A stretch of DNA of 61,409 bases, from contig PEXU01000049.1 in NCBI GenBank assembly GCA_002774635.1, forward strand, positions 1-61,409, given 5' to 3'. The notes under the pieces are model-generated. The model made no database searches. It was not told the DNA's origin and saw only the letters and a program-made list of their open reading frames with translations. A program made the translations under genes and the position numbers. Of this stretch, positions 1-8,875 are shown one piece after another. This stretch comes from Candidatus Kerfeldbacteria bacterium CG08_land_8_20_14_0_20_40_16 (GTDB lineage: Bacteria > Patescibacteriota > Patescibacteriia > UM-FILTER-42-10). Numbering within the stretch: position 1 is the stretch's first letter; each line of letters begins with the position of its first letter.

Positions 1-600
1 ATAAACTTTACCAAGAGCCATAGCCATTGCTTCCAAATAAAGCTGGCCAGATTGGGATAAATAAGCTTTCTCGCCAAAATAGTCCGTTTCAAAAAGAGTA
101 GTGGTTCCTTCACAAGAAGTAGGAGTTAAAATAGGAGCGTCCGTTAGAACAAATCCTTCTTGGCGGAAAAATTCCCGCATCTGCCAGATTATCTCATCCC
201 GCACCGTCATTATCGCCACCTGCCTTTCGGATCGGACCCATAAATGGCGCTTGTCCATTAGGAAGTCAACGCCGTGTTCTTTTTTGGAAATAGGATACTC
301 CTCGGCCCGCTGAATCAACTTAATATCCTTTACCTGCATTTCGTAGCCGAAAGGAGAGCGTTTGTCCTCCTGCGCTTTCCCCATCACCTCAACGCTCGAT
401 TCCATCGTCAATTGCTCACACACTTTCCACGCTTCTTCGGATACGTTATCTTTACTGACTACCGCCTGGATTCTGCCGGAGCCATCCCTTAACTGCAGAA
501 AATAAATTTTTCCTGAGCTTCTAAAATTAAAAACCCAGGATTTCATTGTTACTTCCTGATCGAGATGTTGCGGTATTTCTAAAATTGATATTTCTTTCAT
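1..600 (-). CDS. asnS: Asparaginyl-tRNA synthetase, N-terminal part (runs off the window start)
   Basis: Manual translation from ATG at 600 gives MKEISILEIPQHLDQEVTMKSWVFNFRSSGKIYFLQLRDGSG...RHLWVRS...EGTTTLFETDYFGEKAYLSQSGQLYLEA (OB-fold FLQLRDG and class IIb QSGQLY motifs). Not in the ORF track because it is truncated. Confidence 0.92.
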   Translation of the reverse strand, partial: MKEISILEIPQHLDQEVTMKSWVFNFRSSGKIYFLQLRDGSGRIQAVVSKDNVSEEAWKVCEQLTMESSVEVMGKAQEDKRSPFGYEMQVKDIKLIQRAEEYPISKKEHGVDFLMDKRHLWVRSERQVAIMTVRDEIIWQMREFFRQEGFVLTDAPILTPTSCEGTTTLFETDYFGEKAYLSQSGQLYLEAMAMALGKVY

Positions 601-712
601 AATTCCTTATAACTATAGCATTTTTACCAGGTTCCTGCAAACAAATTTTTGCTTTTAATCTATTTAAAAAGGGGGCTGATTTAGGCCCCAAATACTGATA
701 AATAACCAGTGA

Positions 713-1312
713 TTATAAAACTCTAATCTTCTTCCTTCTAGTTATTAAAATCCCTATTAAAGTAACGGCGAGGGCGCCTAAAAGATTGTAGGTTAAATCA
801 GAAGCGGTATCAAAACGTTCCCCGATCCGATGAGTATTAAACAGCAAATCTCCAAGATATTCAGAAATTTCGTAAAAAGAAACCAAGAGCATGGTCAGAG
901 AAACTACGAACAAATTTAAACTAAATCTACCCAACTTAATAAAACCTTTCATATTTAGATGGTAAAAAATATACAAAAGCATAATCGCCACGGAAAGCGA
1001 GCCGACAAAATGAGTAAAATCGTCCCACCAGCCATAGTGGGAATAAAAGTAGTAAAAATTACCCATCGCATCCAACCAGACACCCAGTACTACCGCAAGC
1101 GCCACATACCACGGTAAAATAATTTGATATTTTCTTTTGATAATTCTGTTAATTAAAATAAATCCGCCTCCGCTGATTAGAGCGGTGGTTGATAAGGCGA
1201 TTCTTCGATCCAAGACGTCGTAATTCACTCCCAGCTCGATAATGATCAAAACCGCCAAACTTAATAAAAATAAGGCGGTCAGAATTTTGTTTAGTGGTTT
1301 CCTAACGGGCAT
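713..1312 (-). CDS. Integral membrane protein (DUF2238/VanZ-like)
   Basis: About 6 hydrophobic segments; WWDDFTHF, FYEISEY and DTASDL motifs. Confidence 0.55.
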   Translation of the reverse strand: MPVRKPLNKILTALFLLSLAVLIIIELGVNYDVLDRRIALSTTALISGGGFILINRIIKRKYQIILPWYVALAVVLGVWLDAMGNFYYFYSHYGWWDDFTHFVGSLSVAIMLLYIFYHLNMKGFIKLGRFSLNLFVVSLTMLLVSFYEISEYLGDLLFNTHRIGERFDTASDLTYNLLGALAVTLIGILITRRKKIRVL

Positions 1313-1317
1313 TAAAT

Positions 1318-1956
1318 TTATTGCGGCTTATTTTCTAAAATATCCATCCCTTGATTAATTTTCTCTTTGGATAATTGGAATCCTTTTTGCGAAACGTCTT
1401 TAACGTTAGTGATAATATCCTGCAGGCTATCCGGCAGCTGAGCTTGCAGCTGGTTTAAGACCGTTTGGTGCTTTTCCTTATTTTGCTGAATTAAATTATA
1501 AATACCAGTCAAGTCTTTGCCTTTCTTTTCCGCTTTTTCGATATTGCTGTTTACCTTTGCCATCTGTTCATTAAAACGATTAAGTGACTCGTCAACCAAA
1601 TCGGTTTTTTTGTTCAGAATTAGTTTCTCTGTTTCTTCCAGTCGCTGATTGGCCAAATCAAGCCCGTATTTGATTTTGTTTTCGGTATTAAAAATGAACC
1701 AGCCTTTCACGGTCTCCCACGTTTTTTTCAAAAAATAAAGCGGGCTGGAAGGCAATAATTTGACATCAGGCAGATTAATATTAATATTAATGGTCGTTAC
1801 CTCTTTTTCTTCCTCCGTTTCCTGGGAATTGACATTAGCGGGAGAATTATTTTCCATTTCTAAAACGGTATCATTATTGCTAATTTCAACCATGGATTGG
1901 GCGTGAGTTAAAACAGGAATAAATAATATGGCTAGAATGAGAATGATTAACTTCAT
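1318..1956 (-). CDS. Secreted coiled-coil protein, DUF5667-like
   Basis: Signal peptide; LLPSSPLYFLKKTWE...LANQRLEE motif. Confidence 0.7.
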   Translation of the reverse strand: MKLIILILAILFIPVLTHAQSMVEISNNDTVLEMENNSPANVNSQETEEEKEVTTINININLPDVKLLPSSPLYFLKKTWETVKGWFIFNTENKIKYGLDLANQRLEETEKLILNKKTDLVDESLNRFNEQMAKVNSNIEKAEKKGKDLTGIYNLIQQNKEKHQTVLNQLQAQLPDSLQDIITNVKDVSQKGFQLSKEKINQGMDILENKPQ

Positions 1957-1991
1957 TTTTTTGCCTTATTCTTTTATTTAAGTATACCAGT

Positions 1992-2014
1992 AAAAAAACC
2001 GCTTTGAAAGCGGT
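1992..2014 (-). terminator. Rho-independent terminator, probably the original tRNA-Lys terminator
   Basis: Minus strand ACCGCTTTCAAAGCGGT followed by a T-run, 10 nt downstream of a degenerate tRNA 3' end (GCACCA at 2025-2030). Confidence 0.65.
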
Positions 2015-2316
2015 CTATTGTTATTGGTGCACTATGAGGAACGGGATAGCGATTTCCGCGTCTCTCCCCTCGGCTTCGCTCGGGGTCCTTGTCCTGGGCA
2101 GCCTGCCCGACATGCCGTCATGGCAGGCGGGCGCCAAATGCTCCTTATGGTCGCATTCGTCGGCGTTCGTCTGCATCCCGCTTTCGCGGGATTTGTCTCG
2201 CTTCTGCCCGTTCGAATCCCTCTCTGGAATCTTAAAAGCGGTAAACAAAAATATCCTGGTTTCCCAGAATATCTTTGTCGTGGTATGTTTATTTGACCAA
2301 ATCCGAACCTATTTTG

Positions 2317-2346
2317 TCCGTCTGCCGTAGCTTTAGCGAAGGCAGG
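2317..2346. repeat. REP-like hairpin insertion (GCCGTAG-hairpin-CGAAGGC, CAGG end)
   Basis: CTGCCGTAGCTTTAGCGAAGGCAG; removing 2317-2346 restores the reading IRTYFERNF*. Confidence 0.65.
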
Positions 2347-2426
2347 AAAGAAATTTTTAATTCTTTTGTTTTTTTAAATGGGCGGGGCGGAAGGGGGGTC
2401 TGGGGGGAATTCCGCCCCGCAAAGAA

Positions 2427-2652
2427 TCAGAAATTTTCCTGAAAATAAGTTCGGGCTTTTAGGAGAAGGCCGTACCAATCAGAAGTGGGCGATTTTTCCG
2501 CCAAAATTTGGCGCGAATTTTCCAGTAAAATCAGAGCTTTACCCGACTTAATGAGGCAAATATAAAAAAGATACATTAAGAGCCAATCTTTTTAGGATAA
2601 TTTTTCTCAATAATTGATAGGTTGAGAAAATTATCCGCTTCAAAATTTCCTT
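2427..2652 (-). repeat. Segmented inverted copy of the recombinase 3' end with an alternative C-terminus
   Basis: Reverse complement of 2471-2557 matches 4106-4192 at 79/87 (53/54 over 4139-4192); 2580-2593 = 4087-4100 (14/14); 2637-2652 = 4055-4070 (16/16). Confidence 0.92.
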
Positions 2653-2730
2653 AGCAAAAAAAGCGATAATTCCTTTTTGCCTGTTCGTCTACGAAAGGCC
2701 AAAAGCGATTTACTATTAACACTAAAACCT

Positions 2731-4227
2731 ATGAACAAATTCTTTATCTATACCAGAAAATCAACTGATGATGAAGACCGGCAAGTTTTAAGCATTGAAG
2801 CACAAATTGCCGAACTTAGGGAGTTTGCCAAAAAAGAGAGTTTGGAAATAATTGACGAACTGATTGAATCCAAAACAGCTAAATATCCAGGCAGACCGAT
2901 ATTCAATGAAATGCTTTTAAAAATTGAAAATGGTGAGGCTGATGGAATAATTTCATGGAATCCTGATCGTTTGGCCAGAAACGCGGTTGACGGTGGTCAA
3001 ATTATAAACCTGGTCGATAAAGGCAAGTTGAAATCATTAAAATTCCCTACTTACTGGTTTGAACCGTCAAGCCAGGGTTTATTTATGCTGCAAATCGCTT
3101 TTGGCCAGGCTAAATATTACATTGATAATTTAAGCGAAAACGTAAAGAGAGGTATCAGGCAAAAATTAAGACGAGGTGAATGGCCTGGCATGGCGCCACT
3201 TGGTTATCTTAATGATTTAAAAACCCGTACCATTATAGTTGATAAAGAAAAAGCCCTAATTGTTGTTAAACTGTTCAAAGCCTACGCAAGTGGCAAATAT
3301 AGTTTTGAGGGTCTTTCTAAACTGGCTTTTTCTTGGAGTATAAAAACTAGAAAAACTAAAAAGGAATTATCGCTTTCGTTTATTCAAAGAATGCTGCAGA
3401 ATAAATTTTATCTTGGATTATTCTTACACAAAGGCGAAATCTATGAAGGCAAGCACGAGCCACTGATAGACAAAGCCACTTTTGACGCGGTTAAAAGAAT
3501 TATGAGCCAAAGAGGCAAACCAAGGAAAATTAAGACGCTATTAAATTTTCCATTCAGAGGTTTATTTACCTGCGGCGAGTGTGGCAGAACTATAACTGCT
3601 GAAAAACACACTAAAAAATCCGGACTGGTTTTTAAATATTATCGCTGTACCAAAAAGAACACCAATTGTTCGCAAAAATATCTTTCGGAAAATAATCTGG
3701 TAAAACAGGTGGATAAGATAATATCAAAAGTGGCTTTGTCTGATGATTGGTCTACTAAAATGCTTAAGCAAGTGAAAAAGTGGGAACGAGAGAAAGACCA
3801 ATCATCTGCCCTTGCGCTTAAAGGTTTAAATGAAGAATTGGAAAAATTAGAAACAAAACTTTCTAAACTGCTTGATGCGCATTTAAATGGCATTCTTGAG
3901 ATACAAGAATATCAAAACAAAAAAGCAGAACTTATGGAAAAGAAAGTCGCTTTAAAACAAAAGATTGCCCATTTGGGCAAGAAGGGCAATCAGTGGCTCG
4001 AACCATTGAAAAACTGGATATATGAAGCAAGTAACGCTAATAAAATACTTTTTGAAGGAAATTTTGAAGCAAAAGCCGAACTTTTAAAAAAGATTGGCTC
4101 GAACCGCCTCATTAAGTCGGACAAAGCCCTTATTTATTTGGAAAATTCGCGCCAAATTTTGGCGGAAAAATCGCCCACTTCCGATTGGTACGCCGTGAGG
4201 GATTCGAACCCCCGACCATCTGCTTAA
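2731..4227 (+). CDS. Large serine recombinase (resolvase + recombinase + Zn-ribbon + coiled coil)
   Basis: YTRKSTDDEDRQ catalytic Ser motif, GRPIF, DRLARN, SENVKRG, APLGY, CGECG...YYRC. The ATG at 2731 is the likely start. The C-terminus runs antisense into tRNA-Lys. Confidence 0.95.
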   Translation: MNKFFIYTRKSTDDEDRQVLSIEAQIAELREFAKKESLEIIDELIESKTAKYPGRPIFNEMLLKIENGEADGIISWNPDRLARNAVDGGQIINLVDKGKLKSLKFPTYWFEPSSQGLFMLQIAFGQAKYYIDNLSENVKRGIRQKLRRGEWPGMAPLGYLNDLKTRTIIVDKEKALIVVKLFKAYASGKYSFEGLSKLAFSWSIKTRKTKKELSLSFIQRMLQNKFYLGLFLHKGEIYEGKHEPLIDKATFDAVKRIMSQRGKPRKIKTLLNFPFRGLFTCGECGRTITAEKHTKKSGLVFKYYRCTKKNTNCSQKYLSENNLVKQVDKIISKVALSDDWSTKMLKQVKKWEREKDQSSALALKGLNEELEKLETKLSKLLDAHLNGILEIQEYQNKKAELMEKKVALKQKIAHLGKKGNQWLEPLKNWIYEASNANKILFEGNFEAKAELLKKIGSNRLIKSDKALIYLENSRQILAEKSPTSDWYAVRDSNPRPSA

Positions 4228-4262
4228 AAGGCAGTTGCTCTACCTGGCTGAGCTAACGGCGC
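4186..4262 (-). tRNA. tRNA-Lys(UUU), CCA encoded
   Basis: GCGCCGT-TA-GCTC..GAGC-A-ACTGC-CTTTTAA-GCAGA-TGGTC-GGGGG-TTCGAAT-CCCTC-ACGGCGT-ACCA. Confidence 0.96.
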
Positions 4263-4343
4263 TTATTAAAAGTATAATTTTATAATCTTAATTGGGAAGT
4301 ATTAAATTGTAAAGTGTATTTCCAGTAACCGTTAGCGAAGCCA

Positions 4344-4384
4344 CTGGCTGCCTGTCCCGCTGAATAGCGGGAAGCTAACGGCGC
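4344..4384 (-). pseudogene. Duplicated tRNA-Lys 5' fragment interrupted by a CCTG-hairpin element
   Basis: CTGGCTG [CCTGTCCCGCTGAATAGCGGGA] AGCTAACGGCGC equals 4244-4262 plus a 22-nt insert. Confidence 0.75.
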
Positions 4385-4589
4385 AGAAAAATAATAGTAT
4401 GCTTTATATTAACAAAGTATAGTAAATAAATCAAGGAACAATCCTTTAAAATGACCAAGGATTAATAAATAACGAAAAAAGGGAGGTTGAAATATTTTAG
4501 CTGTTTTTAGCGTAATATTTTACAGAGGTCATGCTTTAAGTAATTTAATATTACTATTGTATGATTATTTCATTAATAAATAAAAACTC

Positions 4590-6218
4590 ATGTTTTACCT
4601 ACGCTATTTGTGGGCGGAATTAACTCGCCGCTGGGGCAAAACGCTCACTATCTCCTTAGGCCTCGCTATGGCCAGCGCTATCATAATTACTATCATTTCT
4701 GTATCTCAAAGTTTGTCCGCGGCCCAAGATAAAGTTCTGAATCCTCTGCAGAACGTGGGAACCGACATCATGGTCAGCCGGACGGTGAATCCGGAAGAAA
4801 TATCAACTCTCGACGATGCCACTCGAGAAGAAGCATTGAACGACAATAGGATCACAATGGATTTTTCCAAGCTCGGAGAGCCCGGCGAGCAATTCACCAA
4901 CGATACGCTTATGCCAGGCAGCATGCTTACCTTTGCTTCATCGGAAACGGAAAAGCTGGATCCCTCGCTGGTAAAAATGTACGCGACGGGATTGGTGCTG
5001 AACGTAGTGCATCAAGAAGGGACTATTCCGAAATTGGCGGCTGAAATTGAAACCGGCGGACAACGCATTGGATTCAGCCAGACATTCCAGATGAGTGATG
5101 CGGATCGCCAAGCGTTTATGAATGCCCAACAAAAAACCATGGAAGAGCTACGAAACAAAGGAATCGACCCAAATTCAGAAGAGGGTCAGAAACTAATGCG
5201 AAAATCTGTCCCAAATCCGAACAGCACTGTAAGCGGCGAGATAGAAGTTCCTAAGGAAGTGATCCGCCAGGAAATCGGATCATTTTCAACTGATGTTAAA
5301 ACGGAAAATTTCACACTAGCAGGAGTAGATACAAGCAAAAATGACATTGGGCTTATTCTTCCCGACCAGATTGTAGAAGGACGCTATTTAGAACAGCCCG
5401 GTGAAGTGGTGGCCACCCGAGCCTTTGCCCAAAAAAAGAATTACTCTTTGAACGGCACGATTACCATTGGCGGCAAAGAATTTACTCTCGTCGGCATCGT
5501 TGATCCGAAACTGTATACCATGTCAGCCGATCTGTACATGTCCTTGACCGACGCACAACAACTGGCTGACCGCGACGGCAGGGTCAACGTATTGTTGGTC
5601 AAAGCCAGCAATGCGGATAACGTCAAGCCAGCGGGCGAAAGCGTTGCCGGAATATTTTCAGGCGTAAAAGTGACGGACGCATCGGAAACCGCCCAACAGG
5701 TTTCGGGTAGCCTAGTTAGTGCCTCTAGCTTAACCGATAAATTTATCGGCGTAACCAGCATTATTGTTGTGCTCGCGGCCTTTATTATCGTCAGTTTACT
5801 AACCATTCTTTCGGTCAACAAACGAGTACGGGAAATCGGCACGCTTAAGGCAATCGGCTGGAAAAATCATTTGATTATCCGGCAGATTGTCGCTGAAAAT
5901 ATAGTAATTGGAGTAATCGGCGCTGTGCTCGGCATCGGTCTGGCCCTGGGGGCAATCGCCCTTTTAAACCATTACGACATTTCGCTTTCCGCCACTGTTG
6001 CCGGCACTGATACCGGATTCGGTTTTGCTCGTCGATTCTTGGGAGGAGAAAAAAATGATGGGATTACCACCAGTGTTCAACTTAACGTAATTTACACTTA
6101 CACGGTGTTGGCCTTAGGTTCATTAATTGCCTTAGCTGCTTCCATTTTTGCTGGTACCTTAGCAGCGATTAAAGCGGCTAAAATGAAGCCGCAAGAGGCT
6201 TTTCGAAATTTGGAATAA
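4590..6218 (+). CDS. ABC transporter permease, MacB/FtsX family
   Basis: N-terminal TM, large extracytoplasmic domain, RVREIGTLKAIGW motif, 3 C-terminal TMs, MKPQEAFR end. Confidence 0.88.
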   Translation: MFYLRYLWAELTRRWGKTLTISLGLAMASAIIITIISVSQSLSAAQDKVLNPLQNVGTDIMVSRTVNPEEISTLDDATREEALNDNRITMDFSKLGEPGEQFTNDTLMPGSMLTFASSETEKLDPSLVKMYATGLVLNVVHQEGTIPKLAAEIETGGQRIGFSQTFQMSDADRQAFMNAQQKTMEELRNKGIDPNSEEGQKLMRKSVPNPNSTVSGEIEVPKEVIRQEIGSFSTDVKTENFTLAGVDTSKNDIGLILPDQIVEGRYLEQPGEVVATRAFAQKKNYSLNGTITIGGKEFTLVGIVDPKLYTMSADLYMSLTDAQQLADRDGRVNVLLVKASNADNVKPAGESVAGIFSGVKVTDASETAQQVSGSLVSASSLTDKFIGVTSIIVVLAAFIIVSLLTILSVNKRVREIGTLKAIGWKNHLIIRQIVAENIVIGVIGAVLGIGLALGAIALLNHYDISLSATVAGTDTGFGFARRFLGGEKNDGITTSVQLNVIYTYTVLALGSLIALAASIFAGTLAAIKAAKMKPQEAFRNLE

Positions 6219-6250
6219 GCTGGATCGATTAACAAATTGATTAAAAAAAT

Positions 6251-6910
6251 ATGACCTTCATTAAAGCAAGAAATCTGCTTAAACAATACCGACAAGGAGC
6301 TAAAACAATAAACGCGGTGGATGGCATTAATTTGAACATGAACAAAGGAGAGTTTCTGGCTATTATCGGTCCTTCAGGGTCAGGAAAAAGCACACTGCTA
6401 CAGCTAATTGGCGGATTGGACCGGCCAACCAAAGGCACCATTGAAATAGACGATATTGAAATTACAAAAATAAGTGATGCTAAGCTTACCACATTGCGCC
6501 GTGATAAAATGGGATTCATTTTCCAGAACTTTAACCTGATTCCCACTCTTACTGCCGCCCAGAATATTGAAGCGGTTATTGCTAAGCGATCAAAAAGCGA
6601 CCGAAAAAAAGTCAAAGAGGTTTTAAAACAGGTGGGGCTAGAGGAACGGGCTAATCATTTGCCTAGTTTGCTTTCCGGCGGAGAGCAACAGCGGGTGGCA
6701 ATTGCCCGGGCGCTGATTAACGAGCCGGAGATAATTTTAGCAGACGAGCCGACGGGAAATTTAGACAGCAAAACCGGCGAGAGTATTATCCAGATATTGC
6801 ACAACTTAAACAAACGCAACAAAAAAACGGTTATTCTGGTTAGCCATTCTGACTATGTTAAAAAATACGCCGATCAAACTATTGAGATTAAAGACGGAAA
6901 AATAACATAA
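6251..6910 (+). CDS. ABC transporter ATP-binding protein, LolD/MacB family
   Basis: [32 protein letters not shown]. Confidence 0.93.
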   Translation: MTFIKARNLLKQYRQGAKTINAVDGINLNMNKGEFLAIIGPSGSGKSTLLQLIGGLDRPTKGTIEIDDIEITKISDAKLTTLRRDKMGFIFQNFNLIPTLTAAQNIEAVIAKRSKSDRKKVKEVLKQVGLEERANHLPSLLSGGEQQRVAIARALINEPEIILADEPTGNLDSKTGESIIQILHNLNKRNKKTVILVSHSDYVKKYADQTIEIKDGKIT

Positions 6911-7134
6911 TACAACAATAGTTCTTTTAAAACATGACCTTTATTTTTTTGAGAAAATAGCGCATAATTATAAAAAAGCACATTCAAAATCGTCCACTTA
7001 GTTAATCTCGATGTTGAGCTGGTCGCCGAAAAGTTCGTCAGGTTTGAAAGAATCTGTAGAGAACGTGGCGTCCGGATAGATGGCTGCTGGAAAACAGCCC
7101 ACGAGAACATCAGAGATTCTACATATTCTAAATT

Positions 7135-8052
7135 ATGAAACAGAAAATCGTTAATATAATTTCCGAAATCAAACGAGAGTTTAAAATAACGGAAAAATTC
7201 TCTAAAGCGTCCAATGGAACCAATTCGCAAGTTTTTGTGTCTGAAAATTTTATTATCAAAATCAATAAAAACATCACTGCTCTTAAGAAGGAATACGACG
7301 TGATAAAATCCTTAAAATCAAAATATGTTCCAAAAGCATTAGGCTTTGTAAATTTAAAGGGGCATGGAGCTATTATTGAAAAAAGAATTAATGGCGATGA
7401 TGTTCAAAAAGTTTGGAAGCAGTTTAGCCAGAAAAACAAAACAAGAATAATCAATGACTTGGCCGTTGCGCTCGCTTCTTTTCACCGTCAAAAATATGAC
7501 TATTTTTGGTCATTGAAGTCTAATAAAAAATTCAAAAGTTATGACAAATTGCTCATCATTAGGTTTAAAGAATATAAAAAGAGGATCTTGAGCAATAAAA
7601 CCGCTTGCGATCTTTATTTAAGGATTAAAGATAATTTGAATGAAGCCAGGATGGCTAAAATTTTTAAGAACGTCAAACCTGCCTTGGTCCATGGTGATTT
7701 AATTATGCATAACATTTTAACTGACGGCAAAAAATTGACCGGCATCATTGATTGGGAATACGTTCAATTCGGTGATCCTTTTTATGATCTGGCCAGAGTC
7801 ATTTACTATCAGGAATGCGCCAAGGCCTATATTGAGGAAAAGGGAGATATTCATTTTGAATATGATTTTACCACAAGATTGATAAACAAACTGCGAGAAT
7901 CTATTGAATTTAGTGAAGATAAGTATAAAATAATTAGATGCCTTTATTTTATTGATACGATTATTTGGGCTTTAAATTCCTCAGATCCTGAGTATAATTT
8001 AAAAAAATTAAAGCCGCCGACCTTAGGTCAATTGCGGGGCAAAAACCATTGA
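7135..8052 (+). CDS. Aminoglycoside phosphotransferase/choline kinase-like protein
   Basis: LVHGDLIMHNIL (Brenner motif), GIIDWE, GDPFYDLA. Confidence 0.82.
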   Translation: MKQKIVNIISEIKREFKITEKFSKASNGTNSQVFVSENFIIKINKNITALKKEYDVIKSLKSKYVPKALGFVNLKGHGAIIEKRINGDDVQKVWKQFSQKNKTRIINDLAVALASFHRQKYDYFWSLKSNKKFKSYDKLLIIRFKEYKKRILSNKTACDLYLRIKDNLNEARMAKIFKNVKPALVHGDLIMHNILTDGKKLTGIIDWEYVQFGDPFYDLARVIYYQECAKAYIEEKGDIHFEYDFTTRLINKLRESIEFSEDKYKIIRCLYFIDTIIWALNSSDPEYNLKKLKPPTLGQLRGKNH

Positions 8053-8250
8053 GATTAAGGACGGAAGAATAACGGAACATAAAACAAAAGAATAATTCTT
8101 TTTAAATTATAAACTGGATCATTAGATTGAAACGGGCTTTACTTATAATACAATCAGCATTTGGAAAAAGTTCTTTTAAAATTACTTTTCCGCCGTAATT
8201 AAAAGTGCTATACTGAGGAAGCAGTATTTTATTATTATTTTTAAAATACC

Positions 8251-8760
8251 ATGTTTAAAAAAGTCACTCTAATCGCCATGTTTTTGGCGCTTTTTTTGTT
8301 GATCAGTGGCTTTGGCGGCTGCGGAAAGAAAGCCGCGGAAAAAGCCACAGAAAAAGCCATTGAAACGGTCACTAACGGACAGGCGGATGTAGATGTAAGC
8401 GACAACACCGTCACTATTAATACTAATACGGGATCTTATCAAGCAGGCGGTAATGTAGATTTACCATCAGATTTTCCTGACGATGTCTATGTTGTTGACG
8501 GCAATATTACCGCAGCAATTACTTCTGTTGAAAACAATGGATACACTGTTTCTATCGAAACCACCCAATCAGTCAACGACCTGGCAACTTTATACGAACA
8601 GAAGCTAAAAGATGAGGGCTGGACCATTACTTTAACTATGGCCTATGAAGGTACTGCCTCAGTTGGCGGTGAAAAGGATAACCGGATGGTTTCAGTCGGT
8701 ATGAATCCCAACGAGGAAGGAAAAACAATAGTAGTTATCACCACTTCTGAAACAAACTAA
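8251..8760 (+). CDS. Putative lipoprotein
   Basis: Signal peptide with lipobox-like GGC; LPSDFPDDV and YEQKLKDEGW motifs. Confidence 0.7.
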   Translation: MFKKVTLIAMFLALFLLISGFGGCGKKAAEKATEKAIETVTNGQADVDVSDNTVTINTNTGSYQAGGNVDLPSDFPDDVYVVDGNITAAITSVENNGYTVSIETTQSVNDLATLYEQKLKDEGWTITLTMAYEGTASVGGEKDNRMVSVGMNPNEEGKTIVVITTSETN

Positions 8761-8772
8761 TTAATTCAGTAA

Positions 8773-8875
8773 ACCCCGTTAGAAGCTCATGCGGAGCGTT
8801 AAAACCCACGTTCGCTAATTTATTAAGCATTCATCCCCACGGCAAGACCGTGAGGCATTCCGCTTCTAACGGGGT
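8773..8875. mobile_element. MITE/REPIN-like element with 14-bp terminal inverted repeats
   Basis: ACCCCGTTAGAAGC (8773-8786) and GCTTCTAACGGGGT (8862-8875); internal ATTCATCCCCACGGCAAGACCGTGAGG hairpin. Confidence 0.65.

Larger units (their letters stand above)
2025..4190. mobile_element. Compact recombinase-only element integrated at the 3' end of tRNA-Lys
   Basis: Degenerate direct repeat TGGTGCACTATGAGG (2025-2039) vs TGGTACGCCGTGAGG (4186-4200), 11/15 with all mismatches transitions. A second possible left end is TGGTA at 2281. Contains the serine recombinase. Confidence 0.6.

Noticed and set aside
2004..2330. Three overlapping ORFs (2004-2330, 2018-2296, 2021-2248)
   Set aside because: They span stacked GC-rich hairpins and tRNA/att remnants, where stop codons are scarce; no protein-like features apart from the RTYF remnant
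2471..4192. Diversity-generating retroelement TR/VR pair
   Set aside because: Mismatches are not adenine-specific, the copy is inverted and segmented, and no reverse transcriptase is present in the window
6972..7138. Start-less open frame before the APH-like gene (and a similar one near 37192-37320 on the minus strand)
   Set aside because: No start codon or recognisable family; possible remnants, but unsupported
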